Source: an uncultured Deinococcales bacterium (lineage in GTDB: Bacteria; Deinococcota; Deinococci; Deinococcales; JAAFIG01). From it: 21,278 nt of DNA. A program made the translations under genes and the position numbers. Numbering within the stretch: the first letter of the stretch is position 1; the number at the start of each line of letters is the position of its first letter. Of this stretch, positions 8,830-18,141 are shown in pieces. The stretch is from assembly GCA_964244895.1 (NCBI GenBank), contig CAXTKV010000078.1, forward strand, positions 1 through 21,278. Reading direction: 5' to 3'. Below the pieces are notes generated by a model. It worked only from the letters and a program-made list of their open reading frames with translations. It made no database searches and was not told the DNA's origin.

Positions 8830-9264
8830 TCAGCTCGCGCTGCTCGAGCCGGAACCCGAAGGTGGGGTCTGCGCGGTCGTACCGGTTTGTCCAGCCTTGA
8901 AGGCGTTGTAGCGCGCGATTTCCGGCTTGGCGTAATTCAGCGCGAACATCAGCACCGCCACGTCGTCCGTCAGTCCGAGCGGCCCCAGGAAGCGTTCGGG
9001 CAGCAGGTCAATCGGCGAGATCAGGTACGCCAGCGCGGCAATGCACGCGATCTTGACCTCGGATTTCATCTCGAAACGCTGGTCGAAGGCCATCGTGTAG
9101 ATCGTCTGCACGTCCTGCCAGGCGTCCCCCAGCTTGTCCTTGACCTGCGCGAAGGCCGCGCCGAAACCGGATTCGATCCCCTGAAGGGTCTTCGGGTCGG
9201 TCGCTTTGTCCTTGAAGCCCTGGAGCATCTGCTGGATCTTGTCCTCTGAGAACGGTTGTGACAT
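8830..9264 (-). CDS. YkvA/DUF1232 family protein
   Basis: ALAYLISPIDLLPE..LGLTDDVAVL signature. GGAGGT lies 4 nt before ATG 9264, and the upstream ATG 9282 overlaps a TAACAT -10-like box. Confidence 0.85.
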   Translation of the reverse strand: MSQPFSEDKIQQMLQGFKDKATDPKTLQGIESGFGAAFAQVKDKLGDAWQDVQTIYTMAFDQRFEMKSEVKIACIAALAYLISPIDLLPERFLGPLGLTDDVAVLMFALNYAKPEIARYNAFKAGQTGTTAQTPPSGSGSSSAS

Positions 9265-9366
9265 GTCCACCTCCGGGTTCATGTTACGCGAGGGAACGCG
9301 TCGGGGTTCCGGGCCGATTCAGTCTCGAGCTGCGCGTCTGGTGCTGCCCTCTTGAAGATCAAAGAA

Positions 9367-9383
9367 CGCTGTCCAGAACGGTG
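9367..9383. repeat. Single palindrome-family unit
   Basis: CGCTGTC-CAG-AACGGTG (centre 9375). Confidence 0.5.
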
Positions 9384-9435
9384 TCGCTCGGATCTCGAAC
9401 CGCGCGAGGCGTGAGGCAACCGTTTTCTTCTGGTT

Positions 9436-10683
<1,248 letters not shown>

Positions 10684-10743
10684 GCCTCGAGTCTAACGGT
10701 TCGGGATTCTGGTGATTCGGGCGTGACTCACACGCTCAAGTAC

Positions 10744-10802
10744 CCGAGAAGATCGTCCCACACGGTGCTTCTCGAGTCTGGCGAATGCCGTGCTGGACGG
10801 TC
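10744..10802. repeat. Paired palindrome-family units
   Basis: GATCGTC-CCA-CACGGTG (centre 10759) and TGCCGTG-CTG-GACGGTC (centre 10794), with CTCGAG between them. Confidence 0.78.
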
Positions 10803-10805
10803 TTC

Positions 10806-11915
10806 TTACGCGTTTGTCTGTTCGTAGTCGGGCTCTGGATCCAGACCGCCGTGCGGTTTCGAGCCAATCCAGTACTTGCGAATCAGGCGGCTGCCCAGCG
10901 CCGCCAGCGGTACGGCCACCAGCGCGCCGACGATGCCGCCGAAGGCCAGCCCCGTAAAAATGGCCAGGATCACCGTGACTGGATTGAGGTGCAATGACCT
11001 CGAGAGGATCTGCGGGCTCAGCACGTGCGCCTCGACCTGGTTGGCGATCGTGAAGACCAGCACCACGCCCAGCACCTTGAGCCAGCCGAATTGAATCGCC
11101 AGCAGAATCGCGGGCGTGATCGCGATGATCGTTCCGAGGTTCGGCACGATGTTCAGCACGCCTGCCAGAAAACCGAGCGTCGGCGCGATCGGCTCACCGA
11201 TGATCGTCAGTCCAGCCGCAACCATCACGCCGATGGAGACGGCGATCAACAACTGCCCCCGGATGTACCCGCCGACGGCCACGCTGACATCGTCCGCCAG
11301 ACTGGCCGCCAGCGCGCGCCACGACGCGGGCAGCACGTTCAAGAACGTCTGACCGATGCCCGGAAAGTACAAGAGCATGTACGTGCCGACCACGAAAATC
11401 ACGAAAATTTCCAGCACCCCGGAGATCACGCCGAAGGTGCGCGACAAGAAGTTCGCGCCCTGACCTTGCAGGACTTTCAAGACCGTATCGACCAGGTTTG
11501 AAAGCCCATCTTGTACGGCTTTCGTGCCCTGCACGACGGCGTCTTTGAGTTCCGGGCGCTGTTGCAAGACGGCCACGTAATCCGTTAAGGCGGTCTCCAG
11601 GCTCGAGACGAGCTTCGGCAGTTGGCGGCTGAAATCCACCAGTTGCGCCACGAGCGTGCTCAGGAGCACGCTGGACAGCACCAAGAAAACAATCACCATC
11701 ACCAGCACCAGCGTCACGCCCAGCACGCGCGGCACGCCGCGTTTTTCCAGGTTGGTGACCAGCGGGTTGCCCAGGTACGCGAACAGGTACGCCAGCAACC
11801 CGAGGCGCAGGACGCTCTCGACCCTGCCCAGCAGGCGGTAGAGCGCGTAGGCGACCAGCGCGTAGACCAGAACCCGCACGTAAGGGTTGCGCCAGACCGA
11901 CACGAAGGCGTTCAC
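10806..11915 (-). CDS. AI-2E (PerM/UPF0118) family transporter
   Basis: LFAYLGNPLV, VGGYIRGQLL, LNIVPNLG, NQVEAHVLSPQIL, LNPVTVIL, GALVAVPL. Start placed at GTG 11915 because the longer ORF crosses repeats and the next gene. Confidence 0.88.
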   Translation of the reverse strand: MNAFVSVWRNPYVRVLVYALVAYALYRLLGRVESVLRLGLLAYLFAYLGNPLVTNLEKRGVPRVLGVTLVLVMVIVFLVLSSVLLSTLVAQLVDFSRQLPKLVSSLETALTDYVAVLQQRPELKDAVVQGTKAVQDGLSNLVDTVLKVLQGQGANFLSRTFGVISGVLEIFVIFVVGTYMLLYFPGIGQTFLNVLPASWRALAASLADDVSVAVGGYIRGQLLIAVSIGVMVAAGLTIIGEPIAPTLGFLAGVLNIVPNLGTIIAITPAILLAIQFGWLKVLGVVLVFTIANQVEAHVLSPQILSRSLHLNPVTVILAIFTGLAFGGIVGALVAVPLAALGSRLIRKYWIGSKPHGGLDPEPDYEQTNA

Positions 11916-11920
11916 GCCCA

Positions 11921-11980
11921 GACCGTCCCAGACGGCGTTCTTGAAGATTCGAAAACACCGTCCCAGACGGTGTCCTCGAG
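11921..11980. repeat. Paired palindrome-family units
   Basis: GACCGTC-CCA-GACGGCG (centre 11929) and AAAACACCGTC-CCA-GACGGTG-TCCTCGAG (centre 11964). Confidence 0.85.
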
Positions 11981-12024
11981 GACTCTCGGGGCATAAACCT
12001 GGGGTGCCGTGCGCGCGACCGCCT

Positions 12025-12474
12025 TCACTCGAGCCTCGAATCTTCCGAGCCGAGCGCCGTCGGCATGGGACGAGCCGCACCCGTCTGGGACGGCGCAATC
12101 GTGAACCCGACGGGTCGGGTCGCGGCGCGCGATTCGTTCGAGAGCACGAAACCCTCGAAGGCGTCCACACCGTTGGCGGTGACGTGCACGTACAGATCTT
12201 CGGCTTTCAGACCGCCCCTGAGCAGACCGTCCGCACCCATCAGCACGACCAACCCGCGTTCCAGCATGTAGTACACGGCAGCCCGCAACTCGAGCGGCGT
12301 GGGCGGGTTTTCCGCGAAGCGCACGGCGGGCGGCGGGTCCTTGGCCTCGGACGCCGCGTCGAAGGACAGGCTCGAGACATCCACGAAACCGTCGGGGTCC
12401 TGAATGAACGCGGCGTAAGCAGCGTTCAGCAATCGCATTCGCAACTCTCGTTGACGGTGAACGGCATCGTGCAT
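12025..12474 (-). CDS. Hypothetical protein, possibly winged-helix fold
   Basis: Fills the gap between two minus-strand genes. The AVYYMLERGLV..YVHVTANGVDAFE pattern resembles a wHTH helix plus wing. Confidence 0.65.
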   Translation of the reverse strand: MHDAVHRQRELRMRLLNAAYAAFIQDPDGFVDVSSLSFDAASEAKDPPPAVRFAENPPTPLELRAAVYYMLERGLVVLMGADGLLRGGLKAEDLYVHVTANGVDAFEGFVLSNESRAATRPVGFTIAPSQTGAARPMPTALGSEDSRLE

Positions 12475-12544
12475 GAATAGGTCACTCTACCGTGCCAGAG
12501 CGCACCGAGGTGCGAGCGCGCACCTCGAGACGGACGGTTCGCGC

Positions 12545-13405
12545 TCAGCGCTGGATCAGCTTGGCGGCCTGCGCGCGCACCTGGGCGGGTTTCAGCCCAG
12601 CCCCGAAGAACGCGTTGTTCGCCCAGATCTCAAATTGCAACCGCGCGTTGCCCGCGCCGCCGCGCACGCCCTCGAGCGTGCCGGAATTGCCGACGAACCC
12701 GATCACCGCGCCGCGCCTGACGCCACCGAAACGCAGTCCGGGCGCGATCCGTGAAAGATGCCCGTAACGCGTGACCGCACCGTTCGGGTGCTTGATCCAG
12801 ACCTGCCGTCCGCGCAGCAGGTTCAGGTCGTTCTCGCTCGCGCCGCTTTGAACGGCGCTCAGGAGCTTCGCGTAGTCTCGGGGTGCGATTTCCTTGTAGT
12901 CCAGATCTGCGCGCACCACCTGACCGTCTGCGGCGGCCACCACGGGTGAACCGAACCCGACCGGGACGCCCGCGTCGGAAGCCTGAAAGGTGAAGCCCTG
13001 CGAGACGCCCTTGCGGTACGCGCGCGGCGCGTTCGGCAGGTTGTCATCCGACTTTGGGATGCTGGCGCCCAGGATCGGCCAGGTCAGGGCGCTGCTGGGC
13101 GCGAGCCTCGCTTCCAGGGTTCTGACGCGCTGCTGGCTGGCATCCAGTTGCCCTTTGGACACGACCAGCAGCACGGTGACCATCAGCGCGTACAGCGTCC
13201 CGATGCCGACCACGTACCAGCCGGGTTTGATGCTCTCCCAGTGAACCCGCCGGAACGATTCCAGGCCAGTTCCAAAAATCCTGGCGATGACCGCACCGAT
13301 GCCGGATGCGAACCTCGAGAATCCCGAGAGGCCGTTCCTCAGGCGCGGTCTGGCTTGAGTCCAGAGCTGCCCGACCCGATCAAGCACGCGCTGCTGGGTT
13401 CGCAT
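12545..13405 (-). CDS. Membrane-anchored M23/LytM-family protein lacking Zn ligands
   Basis: TM helix WYVVGIGTLYALMVTVLLVV, a short coiled coil, and M23 core PVVAAADGQVV, TRYGHLS, IGFVGNSG. TAAAAT lies 5 nt before ATG 13405. Confidence 0.85.
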   Translation of the reverse strand: MRTQQRVLDRVGQLWTQARPRLRNGLSGFSRFASGIGAVIARIFGTGLESFRRVHWESIKPGWYVVGIGTLYALMVTVLLVVSKGQLDASQQRVRTLEARLAPSSALTWPILGASIPKSDDNLPNAPRAYRKGVSQGFTFQASDAGVPVGFGSPVVAAADGQVVRADLDYKEIAPRDYAKLLSAVQSGASENDLNLLRGRQVWIKHPNGAVTRYGHLSRIAPGLRFGGVRRGAVIGFVGNSGTLEGVRGGAGNARLQFEIWANNAFFGAGLKPAQVRAQAAKLIQR

Positions 13406-13422
13406 AGCGCATTTTACGCCAC

Positions 13423-13470
13423 CCCAAGATCTTGGGTGCGCGAATCGCGAAGCCCTCAATCTTGGGTGCG
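13423..13470. promoter_or_regulatory. Putative operator: 14-bp palindrome plus a 12-bp direct repeat
   Basis: CCCAAGATCTTGGG at 13423-13436; ATCTTGGGTGCG at 13429-13440 and 13459-13470. Sits just upstream of the M23 gene -10 box (13411-13416). Confidence 0.4.
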
Positions 13471-13488
13471 GGTGATTTGGCTTGAAAA

Positions 13489-13614
13489 CTCGAGAAAACC
13501 CGTGCCAGACGATCAAAACGCATTCCTTGCGTCCGTGACGGTCTTTATTCATCAGAAAAACACCGTCCCACAGGCCAATTCTCGAGAAAACACTCCAATG
13601 CGTCTCAGACGGTA
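13489..13614. repeat. Cluster of four degenerate palindrome-family units
   Basis: Centres 13506, 13535, 13569 and 13606; CTCGAGAAAAC occurs twice. Confidence 0.7.
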
Positions 13615-13683
13615 TTCGGCGCGTTTTGACCCCAGGACATGCCACCAGCAAGCGTTCTGTGATGATTCCATGACAGGTGTTCG

Positions 13684-13692
13684 TGCTAAACT
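13684..13692 (+). promoter_or_regulatory. Extended -10 promoter element upstream of the DUF4258-like gene
   Basis: TG-C-TAAACT, followed after 6 nt by ATG-ACC-CTT-TGA. Confidence 0.5.
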
Positions 13693-13818
13693 GCGCGCAT
13701 GACCCTTTGAGGGTTACGCGAATCCCACCCGCTCCCCGCAATCTGTTGCGAGGGGCGGTTTCGCTTAAAAAAGGCACTCTGCATGGGATTCGTGCGTCAT
13801 CACCGGGAGGTTACGGTT

Positions 13819-14232
13819 ATGAAGCGACACAGCCTGCAAGACCTGCAAGACCTCGTCTGGGAAGGCCGTTACGCCATCAAACCTCACGCTGCCCGTCACG
13901 CCATCAGTGAGGGCTTCACCGAGGTAGACATCGTCGCCGCCCTCCAGCACGGACGGGAACTGGCGATCTACCCGGAAGATTCCAGAATGCTGGTGCTGGG
14001 TTACATCCGCGTCGGACAGCTCAGAATCCCGTTGCACGTCGTGGTGGATTACTCGCCGTACCGTTTCCTGGACGTGGTCACGGCCTTCATTCCGACCGAC
14101 CCGTACCGCGTCTGGAGCCGCGAACGCGTCGCGATCCTGGTCAGCCCCGGTCAATCCCAACCGCGCGAACGCACCGTGCGCCCCAGAGGGCAGGCCAGCA
14201 AACCTCGCGCCTGGCGTTTACGCGGCGCCTAA
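13819..14232 (+). CDS. DUF4258-like protein
   Basis: YAIKPHAARH..FTEVDIVAAL..YPEDSRMLVLG..PLHVVVDY..VVTAFIP pattern. GGAGG lies 8 nt before ATG 13819. Confidence 0.75.
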   Translation: MKRHSLQDLQDLVWEGRYAIKPHAARHAISEGFTEVDIVAALQHGRELAIYPEDSRMLVLGYIRVGQLRIPLHVVVDYSPYRFLDVVTAFIPTDPYRVWSRERVAILVSPGQSQPRERTVRPRGQASKPRAWRLRGA

Positions 14233-14273
14233 AGCACCACAGAACCTTTCAGCTCGAGAATCCCACAAATGTT

Positions 14274-14298
14274 CGACCCCCGCTTTGGGCGGGGGTCG
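14274..14298. terminator. Hairpin between convergent genes (likely terminator)
   Basis: Perfect 10-bp stem CGACCCCCGC/GCGGGGGTCG with a 5-nt loop. Confidence 0.6.
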
Positions 14299-14318
14299 TC
14301 AAGGGACTTCCGGGGCGG

Positions 14319-14504
14319 TCACGCGCGGCTCACGCGGAATCCGGCGGGGCTGGCCTTGCGGCTGGGGCGCACAGCATCCAGGATCGCCTGGAGCGGGTTG
14401 CGGCCCTGGCGTGCGGCTCGAGCGAGGGCCTCGTTGCGGGCTTCACTGCGGAGGGCTTCAGCGCGGGCATTGGCGTGATTCTGAGCGACGAAGTAGGCGT
14501 TCAC
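14319..14504 (-). CDS. Small hypothetical protein (61 aa)
   Basis: Purine-rich RBS GAAAGGAAGGGAA before the GTG; helical Ala/Arg-rich sequence; ends just before the hairpin at 14274-14298. Confidence 0.6.
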   Translation of the reverse strand: MNAYFVAQNHANARAEALRSEARNEALARAARQGRNPLQAILDAVRPSRKASPAGFRVSRA

Positions 14505-14645
14505 GGTTCCCTTCCTTTCTCGAGCCGGGCTGTGCCGCGCTCATGGGTTCAGTATCGGCGTTCGCGCGGCTTCTCGCGTCACCCGAACGGCTTGTTGCAA
14601 CCTAAGTGCGATGACCCGCGCCGCTAAGCTGTTCGGCTGAGGCTA

Positions 14646-14758
14646 AAAATACTGTCCTGGACGGTGCTTATCGCGCCTCGAGGCGATGATCTTTCAGGTC
14701 GTCGTTCCTGAGGTCAAACCGAACCGGCGATCTCGGGAAAACACCGTCCCGAACGCCA
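14646..14758. repeat. Two palindrome-family units between divergent genes
   Basis: AAAATACTGTC-CTG-GACGGTG (centre 14658) and AAAACACCGTC-CCG-AACGCC (centre 14750). Confidence 0.7.
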
Positions 14759-14846
14759 TTTCTCTTCTTCAGACAGACCAAATCCGAAGCTGCTAGACTG
14801 CGCAAACGCACAACCCAATCGGCCCTCTCGCACCCGGAGGTGAGCC

Positions 14847-15419
14847 ATGACGGTATCGGCAGCATTTCGACCCGCCAGCGAAAGCGATCTCGAGGCGATC
14901 CGCGCCATCGCCTGGGAAACCTGGGCGGACACCTACGGCGGCGAGATCGAGCCCGAAACGATCCAGGAATCCCTGGAGCGCGCCTACGCCCTGGAAACCT
15001 TGCGCAACGAAATCGTGCGCGAGGACTGCGGGGTGTTCGTGCTCCAGCAACCCGACCCGGACGCGCTCACGACCGGTATCGTCGGCTTCGCGCGGCTGTA
15101 CTTGCAGTCCTCGGGCGCGGGTCATCGCGGCGTGCTGGGCGCGGTCTACCTGATGCCGCGCGTCCAGGGTCGCGGCCTGGGGCGCGCGCTCCTGAACGGT
15201 TGCGAGGAATGGTTCGTCAGCCAGCGTGTGCGCGGCCTGGAACTGATCGTGACCGCCATGAACGCCCGCGCCAGACGCTTCTTCGAGGCCGCCGGATGGA
15301 ACCTGGAAACCGAACTGGACGCGTCGCTGGGCGAACAGGTCGTGCGCGAGGCGCGCTACCGCAAGATGGCCTCGAGCCACGGGCCGCAGACCGCGAAACC
15401 CGCGCAGACCGGGCGATAA
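14847..15419 (+). CDS. GNAT family N-acetyltransferase
   Basis: AVYLMPRVQGRGLGRALL (acetyl-CoA motif), NARARRFFEAAGW; RBS GGAGGTGA. Confidence 0.9.
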   Translation: MTVSAAFRPASESDLEAIRAIAWETWADTYGGEIEPETIQESLERAYALETLRNEIVREDCGVFVLQQPDPDALTTGIVGFARLYLQSSGAGHRGVLGAVYLMPRVQGRGLGRALLNGCEEWFVSQRVRGLELIVTAMNARARRFFEAAGWNLETELDASLGEQVVREARYRKMASSHGPQTAKPAQTGR

Positions 15420-15422
15420 ACG

Positions 15423-15452
15423 AAAAAGCGGGAGGCGATTCGCCTCCCGCTT
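15423..15452. terminator. Intrinsic terminator between the GNAT and ferredoxin genes (strongest for the minus strand)
   Basis: AAGCGGGAGGC/GCCTCCCGCTT stem; the A5 run on the left is a U-tract for the ferredoxin transcript. Confidence 0.8.
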
Positions 15453-15466
15453 CACCACTCGAGTTC

Positions 15467-15703
15467 TTAGAGCCCGAAGTGCGTGCGGTTCTTGGCGATG
15501 AACGAGGTCTGATCGGCGGGCATGTCCTCTTCCGGGAAGATCGCGCTGACGGGGCAGGCGGGAACGCACGCGCCGCAGTCGATGCACTCCTCGGGGTGAA
15601 TGTAGAACTGATCGTCGCCTTCGTAAATGCACTCGACGGGGCAAACTTCGACGCAGGCGGAGTCCTTGGTACCGATGCAGGGCTGGCCGATCACGTGGGT
15701 CAT
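15467..15703 (-). CDS. fdxA: 7Fe-type ([3Fe-4S][4Fe-4S]) ferredoxin
   Basis: CIGTKDSACVEVCPVECI and CIDCGACVPACP; 78 aa; RBS GAAAGGAG. Confidence 0.93.
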   Translation of the reverse strand: MTHVIGQPCIGTKDSACVEVCPVECIYEGDDQFYIHPEECIDCGACVPACPVSAIFPEEDMPADQTSFIAKNRTHFGL

Positions 15704-15755
15704 GATGTGCTCCTTTCGGATCTCGAGGCTGCCTCGAGCCGTGTTCCTGAAACGC

Positions 15756-15783
15756 ATTATAGGAGTCGCGCGATGCGCGTCAA
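15756..15783 (-). promoter_or_regulatory. Near-consensus sigma70/sigmaA promoter of the ferredoxin gene
   Basis: Minus strand TTGACG-N16-TATAAT. Confidence 0.8.
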
Positions 15784-15902
15784 GTGGCTTCTGCACGCAA
15801 TTTAACCTGACTGGAATACTCGGGATTCCGTAGGGATCACCCTCGTTTACCCGCGCGGCAACATCGTCATCGAACGGTCATCCCACAAACCCGACCAGAA
15901 CA

Positions 15903-15948
15903 AACACCGTCCTGAACGCATGTTAAAGAACGCGTCCCAGACGGTGTT
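15903..15948. repeat. Paired palindrome-family units
   Basis: AACACCGTC-CTG-AACGC-ATGTTAAAGAAC-GCGTC-CCA-GACGGTGTT; centres 15913 and 15938. Confidence 0.85.
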
Positions 15949-15990
15949 CAGGCTGCATCGCCGCGTTCGCGCAGCGGAAACCCGCCAGGC

Positions 15991-16545
15991 TCAGCGCGTC
16001 TTGCGCCACAAACCAGCCACGAACATTTCCTGCGTGATCAAACCGTGAACCTGATCGCCGTCCGCCACGACCACGAACGGCGCTCGAGACAACGCGCCGC
16101 GCAACTCCGTCACCGCGATGCTGCCGGACACGCGCGGAACCTCGTCCCAGGGAAGCGTGCGGTCGCGGTCGCCATCGTGCAGACCGATCGGGCGACCGTT
16201 CTGGCGCAACACGAAAGTGCGCGTCCCCAGCTCGAAGGTCGAAGGATTTTCCAGCACGTCCAGGGGTTCAGCCACGTTAGACGCGTCCGTCGGCGCGATC
16301 AAGCCAGCCGTCAAACAGGTCGTGATCGGCAATTTGAAGAGCTCGCGCGTGCCCAACAGACTGCTCGAGAAGGCCAGCGCGAACGCCAGGAATTCAAAGA
16401 TGCCGCCCGGATTGAGGCTGGTGAAACTGACGTTCCCGACCGACCCGAAGATCAGATGCACCACGAAAGCCGCCACCACGCCCGCCACCAGCGACAGCGC
16501 GTAAGCGATCAACGCGTTCAACCGAACTTGTTGGGGTGTCCTCAA
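15991..16545 (-). CDS. Hypothetical membrane protein with two TM helices and a degenerate CBS-like C-terminal region
   Basis: Two hydrophobic segments; FVLRQNGRPIGL and VVVADGDQVHGLITQE resemble CBS strands. RBS AGGAG before the TTG. Confidence 0.65.
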   Translation of the reverse strand: MRTPQQVRLNALIAYALSLVAGVVAAFVVHLIFGSVGNVSFTSLNPGGIFEFLAFALAFSSSLLGTRELFKLPITTCLTAGLIAPTDASNVAEPLDVLENPSTFELGTRTFVLRQNGRPIGLHDGDRDRTLPWDEVPRVSGSIAVTELRGALSRAPFVVVADGDQVHGLITQEMFVAGLWRKTR

Positions 16546-16646
16546 GGCTTCACTCCTGCATCGTTCATTTGTTGACTCCCGGATTGGTCTTCAGTACACC
16601 GTATCAGACGCGCCCAGCTCCGAAGGGGATTCCCACACACGCAAAC

Positions 16647-17402
16647 TCAACCGCGATCCTTCAACGCCCGCACCGCCACCTCGAGATCACCCGGTTTGTC
16701 CACGTCGAAACCGATCTCGGCGTGATCGGTGATCAGGGCGCGCGCGTCCACACCCAGAATACGGGAGACGCGCACCTCGAGTTCCCGGATGGTCAACGAA
16801 CCCAGCACCAACTTGACCAGCACCGGCAAACCGATCAACCCGGCCAGCGCCAGCACGTTCTTGCGGTTCTGAATGACCTGCTTCAAACGCGGCATGAACT
16901 GCCCGATCAACCTCGGCTCGAGCAAGAACAGGTTGCCGCCCGTGAAGCGTCCCTCGCGCACGCGCGCAGCGGTGCGACGACCGCCCGGAAAGCGCGCCTC
17001 CGAAGCCGCCATCGGAATGATCGGGTAGACCAGCCCCGCGCCCGGATCTCTGGTCAACAAATCCCGCACAGATTCCGCCGTCAAGAGCGGCACGTCCGCC
17101 GTCGAAACCAGCACGCGCTCCGTGGCGGGCAGGGCGGCCAGACCCAACTCCAGGTTCTCGAGCATTGCGCCCCGATCCTGGACGTGAACGTCAAAAAGCC
17201 CGTCCAGCGCGGGCGTGACCGGCCCAACGTAGACGATCTGCCCGACCGAGCCGCTCTCGCGCAACGCGCGCAAAACGTAAGCCGACATCGGCGCGCCGCG
17301 AATCGGAATCAACGATTTGACCGGAACGCCGAAGCCCTGCGCGAACGCATCATCGCGCCCACCGCCCAGCACGACGGCGTTCAGGGCGCCCTCAAGGAGC
17401 AA
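16647..17402 (-). CDS. Nucleotidyltransferase family protein (MobA-like NTP transferase)
   Basis: AVVLGGG..KSLIPIRG, VSTADVPLL, FTGGNLFL, IGFDVDKPGDL. The exact start is uncertain. Confidence 0.85.
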   Translation of the reverse strand: MLLEGALNAVVLGGGRDDAFAQGFGVPVKSLIPIRGAPMSAYVLRALRESGSVGQIVYVGPVTPALDGLFDVHVQDRGAMLENLELGLAALPATERVLVSTADVPLLTAESVRDLLTRDPGAGLVYPIIPMAASEARFPGGRRTAARVREGRFTGGNLFLLEPRLIGQFMPRLKQVIQNRKNVLALAGLIGLPVLVKLVLGSLTIRELEVRVSRILGVDARALITDHAEIGFDVDKPGDLEVAVRALKDRG

Positions 17403-17484
17403 ACCAGTGTCCTCGAGGGCGCTCCGTGGGTTGCGGTCATCACGCGATTACGATACCCCGCAGCCCGGATCCCGCAGCCCGAGA

Positions 17485-18015
17485 TCACGAATCTGGCGTC
17501 GGTGCAACCTTCCGACGCGCGAACAACAGAATCCCGACACCCAGCAAACCCATCACCACCGGAATACCGACCAGCACCGCGATCAACAGCACCGGGAAAC
17601 CCTGATTGGCGCGCTGCGCCCCCGGTGGCGGCGTCGCGGGCCAATCCCAGATCTGCACGTCCTGATCTTTCGGGCGCGGCAACGAGGCCGTGATCTCGCG
17701 CTCGAGCGACTCGTAATCGAAGGTGCTGTCGATGACCTTGAAGGTGTACGCGCCCTCCTGAAAACCCCGATCGATCTTGTACGTCCCCGGCGGCCCCTCG
17801 ATGAACGACTGACGTTCATTTTTTCCGTCCGGGCCGCGAATCTCGAGTTCGAGCTTCGCGCCCGTCACCGGAAACCCGGAGCTGGAACCCAGCAAATGCA
17901 ACTGCACACCGCTCCGCGATGCGGTCGGGAAAATGGCTTCGACCCGCACGGCCTCCAGGTGCGCGAAAGCGCTCGAAGACAAGACCAGCCACAGAACCAC
18001 CAGGGCGCGACGCAT
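17485..18015 (-). CDS. Exported beta-rich (YtkA/Ig-like) protein with a C-terminal membrane anchor
   Basis: Signal peptide ending SAFA-H; PVTGAKLELEI..EGPPGTY..GAYTFKV; Pro-rich linker; TM helix followed by RRK. TAGATT lies 7 nt before the ATG. Confidence 0.7.
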   Translation of the reverse strand: MRRALVVLWLVLSSSAFAHLEAVRVEAIFPTASRSGVQLHLLGSSSGFPVTGAKLELEIRGPDGKNERQSFIEGPPGTYKIDRGFQEGAYTFKVIDSTFDYESLEREITASLPRPKDQDVQIWDWPATPPPGAQRANQGFPVLLIAVLVGIPVVMGLLGVGILLFARRKVAPTPDS

Positions 18016-18098
18016 GGTCTTTAATCTAGCAACCCGCACCTCGAATGCTCGTGAAGAGTTCGCGTTGCCCGACTCGAGCCTCACGAGCCAAAGATCGA

Positions 18099-18123
18099 CC
18101 CGGCGGTCGCGATCACCGCCGGG
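18099..18123 (-). terminator. Hairpin downstream of the pilin gene
   Basis: Perfect 9-bp stem CCCGGCGGT/ACCGCCGGG about 20 nt after the stop; weak U-tract. Confidence 0.55.
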
Positions 18124-18141
18124 CGCAAAGGGGAACCGTCT

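Noticed and set aside
13489..13614. CRISPR array (clustered palindromic repeats)
   Set aside because: Units are degenerate, at most four per cluster, lack constant repeat/spacer lengths, are scattered across the window, and no cas genes are present.
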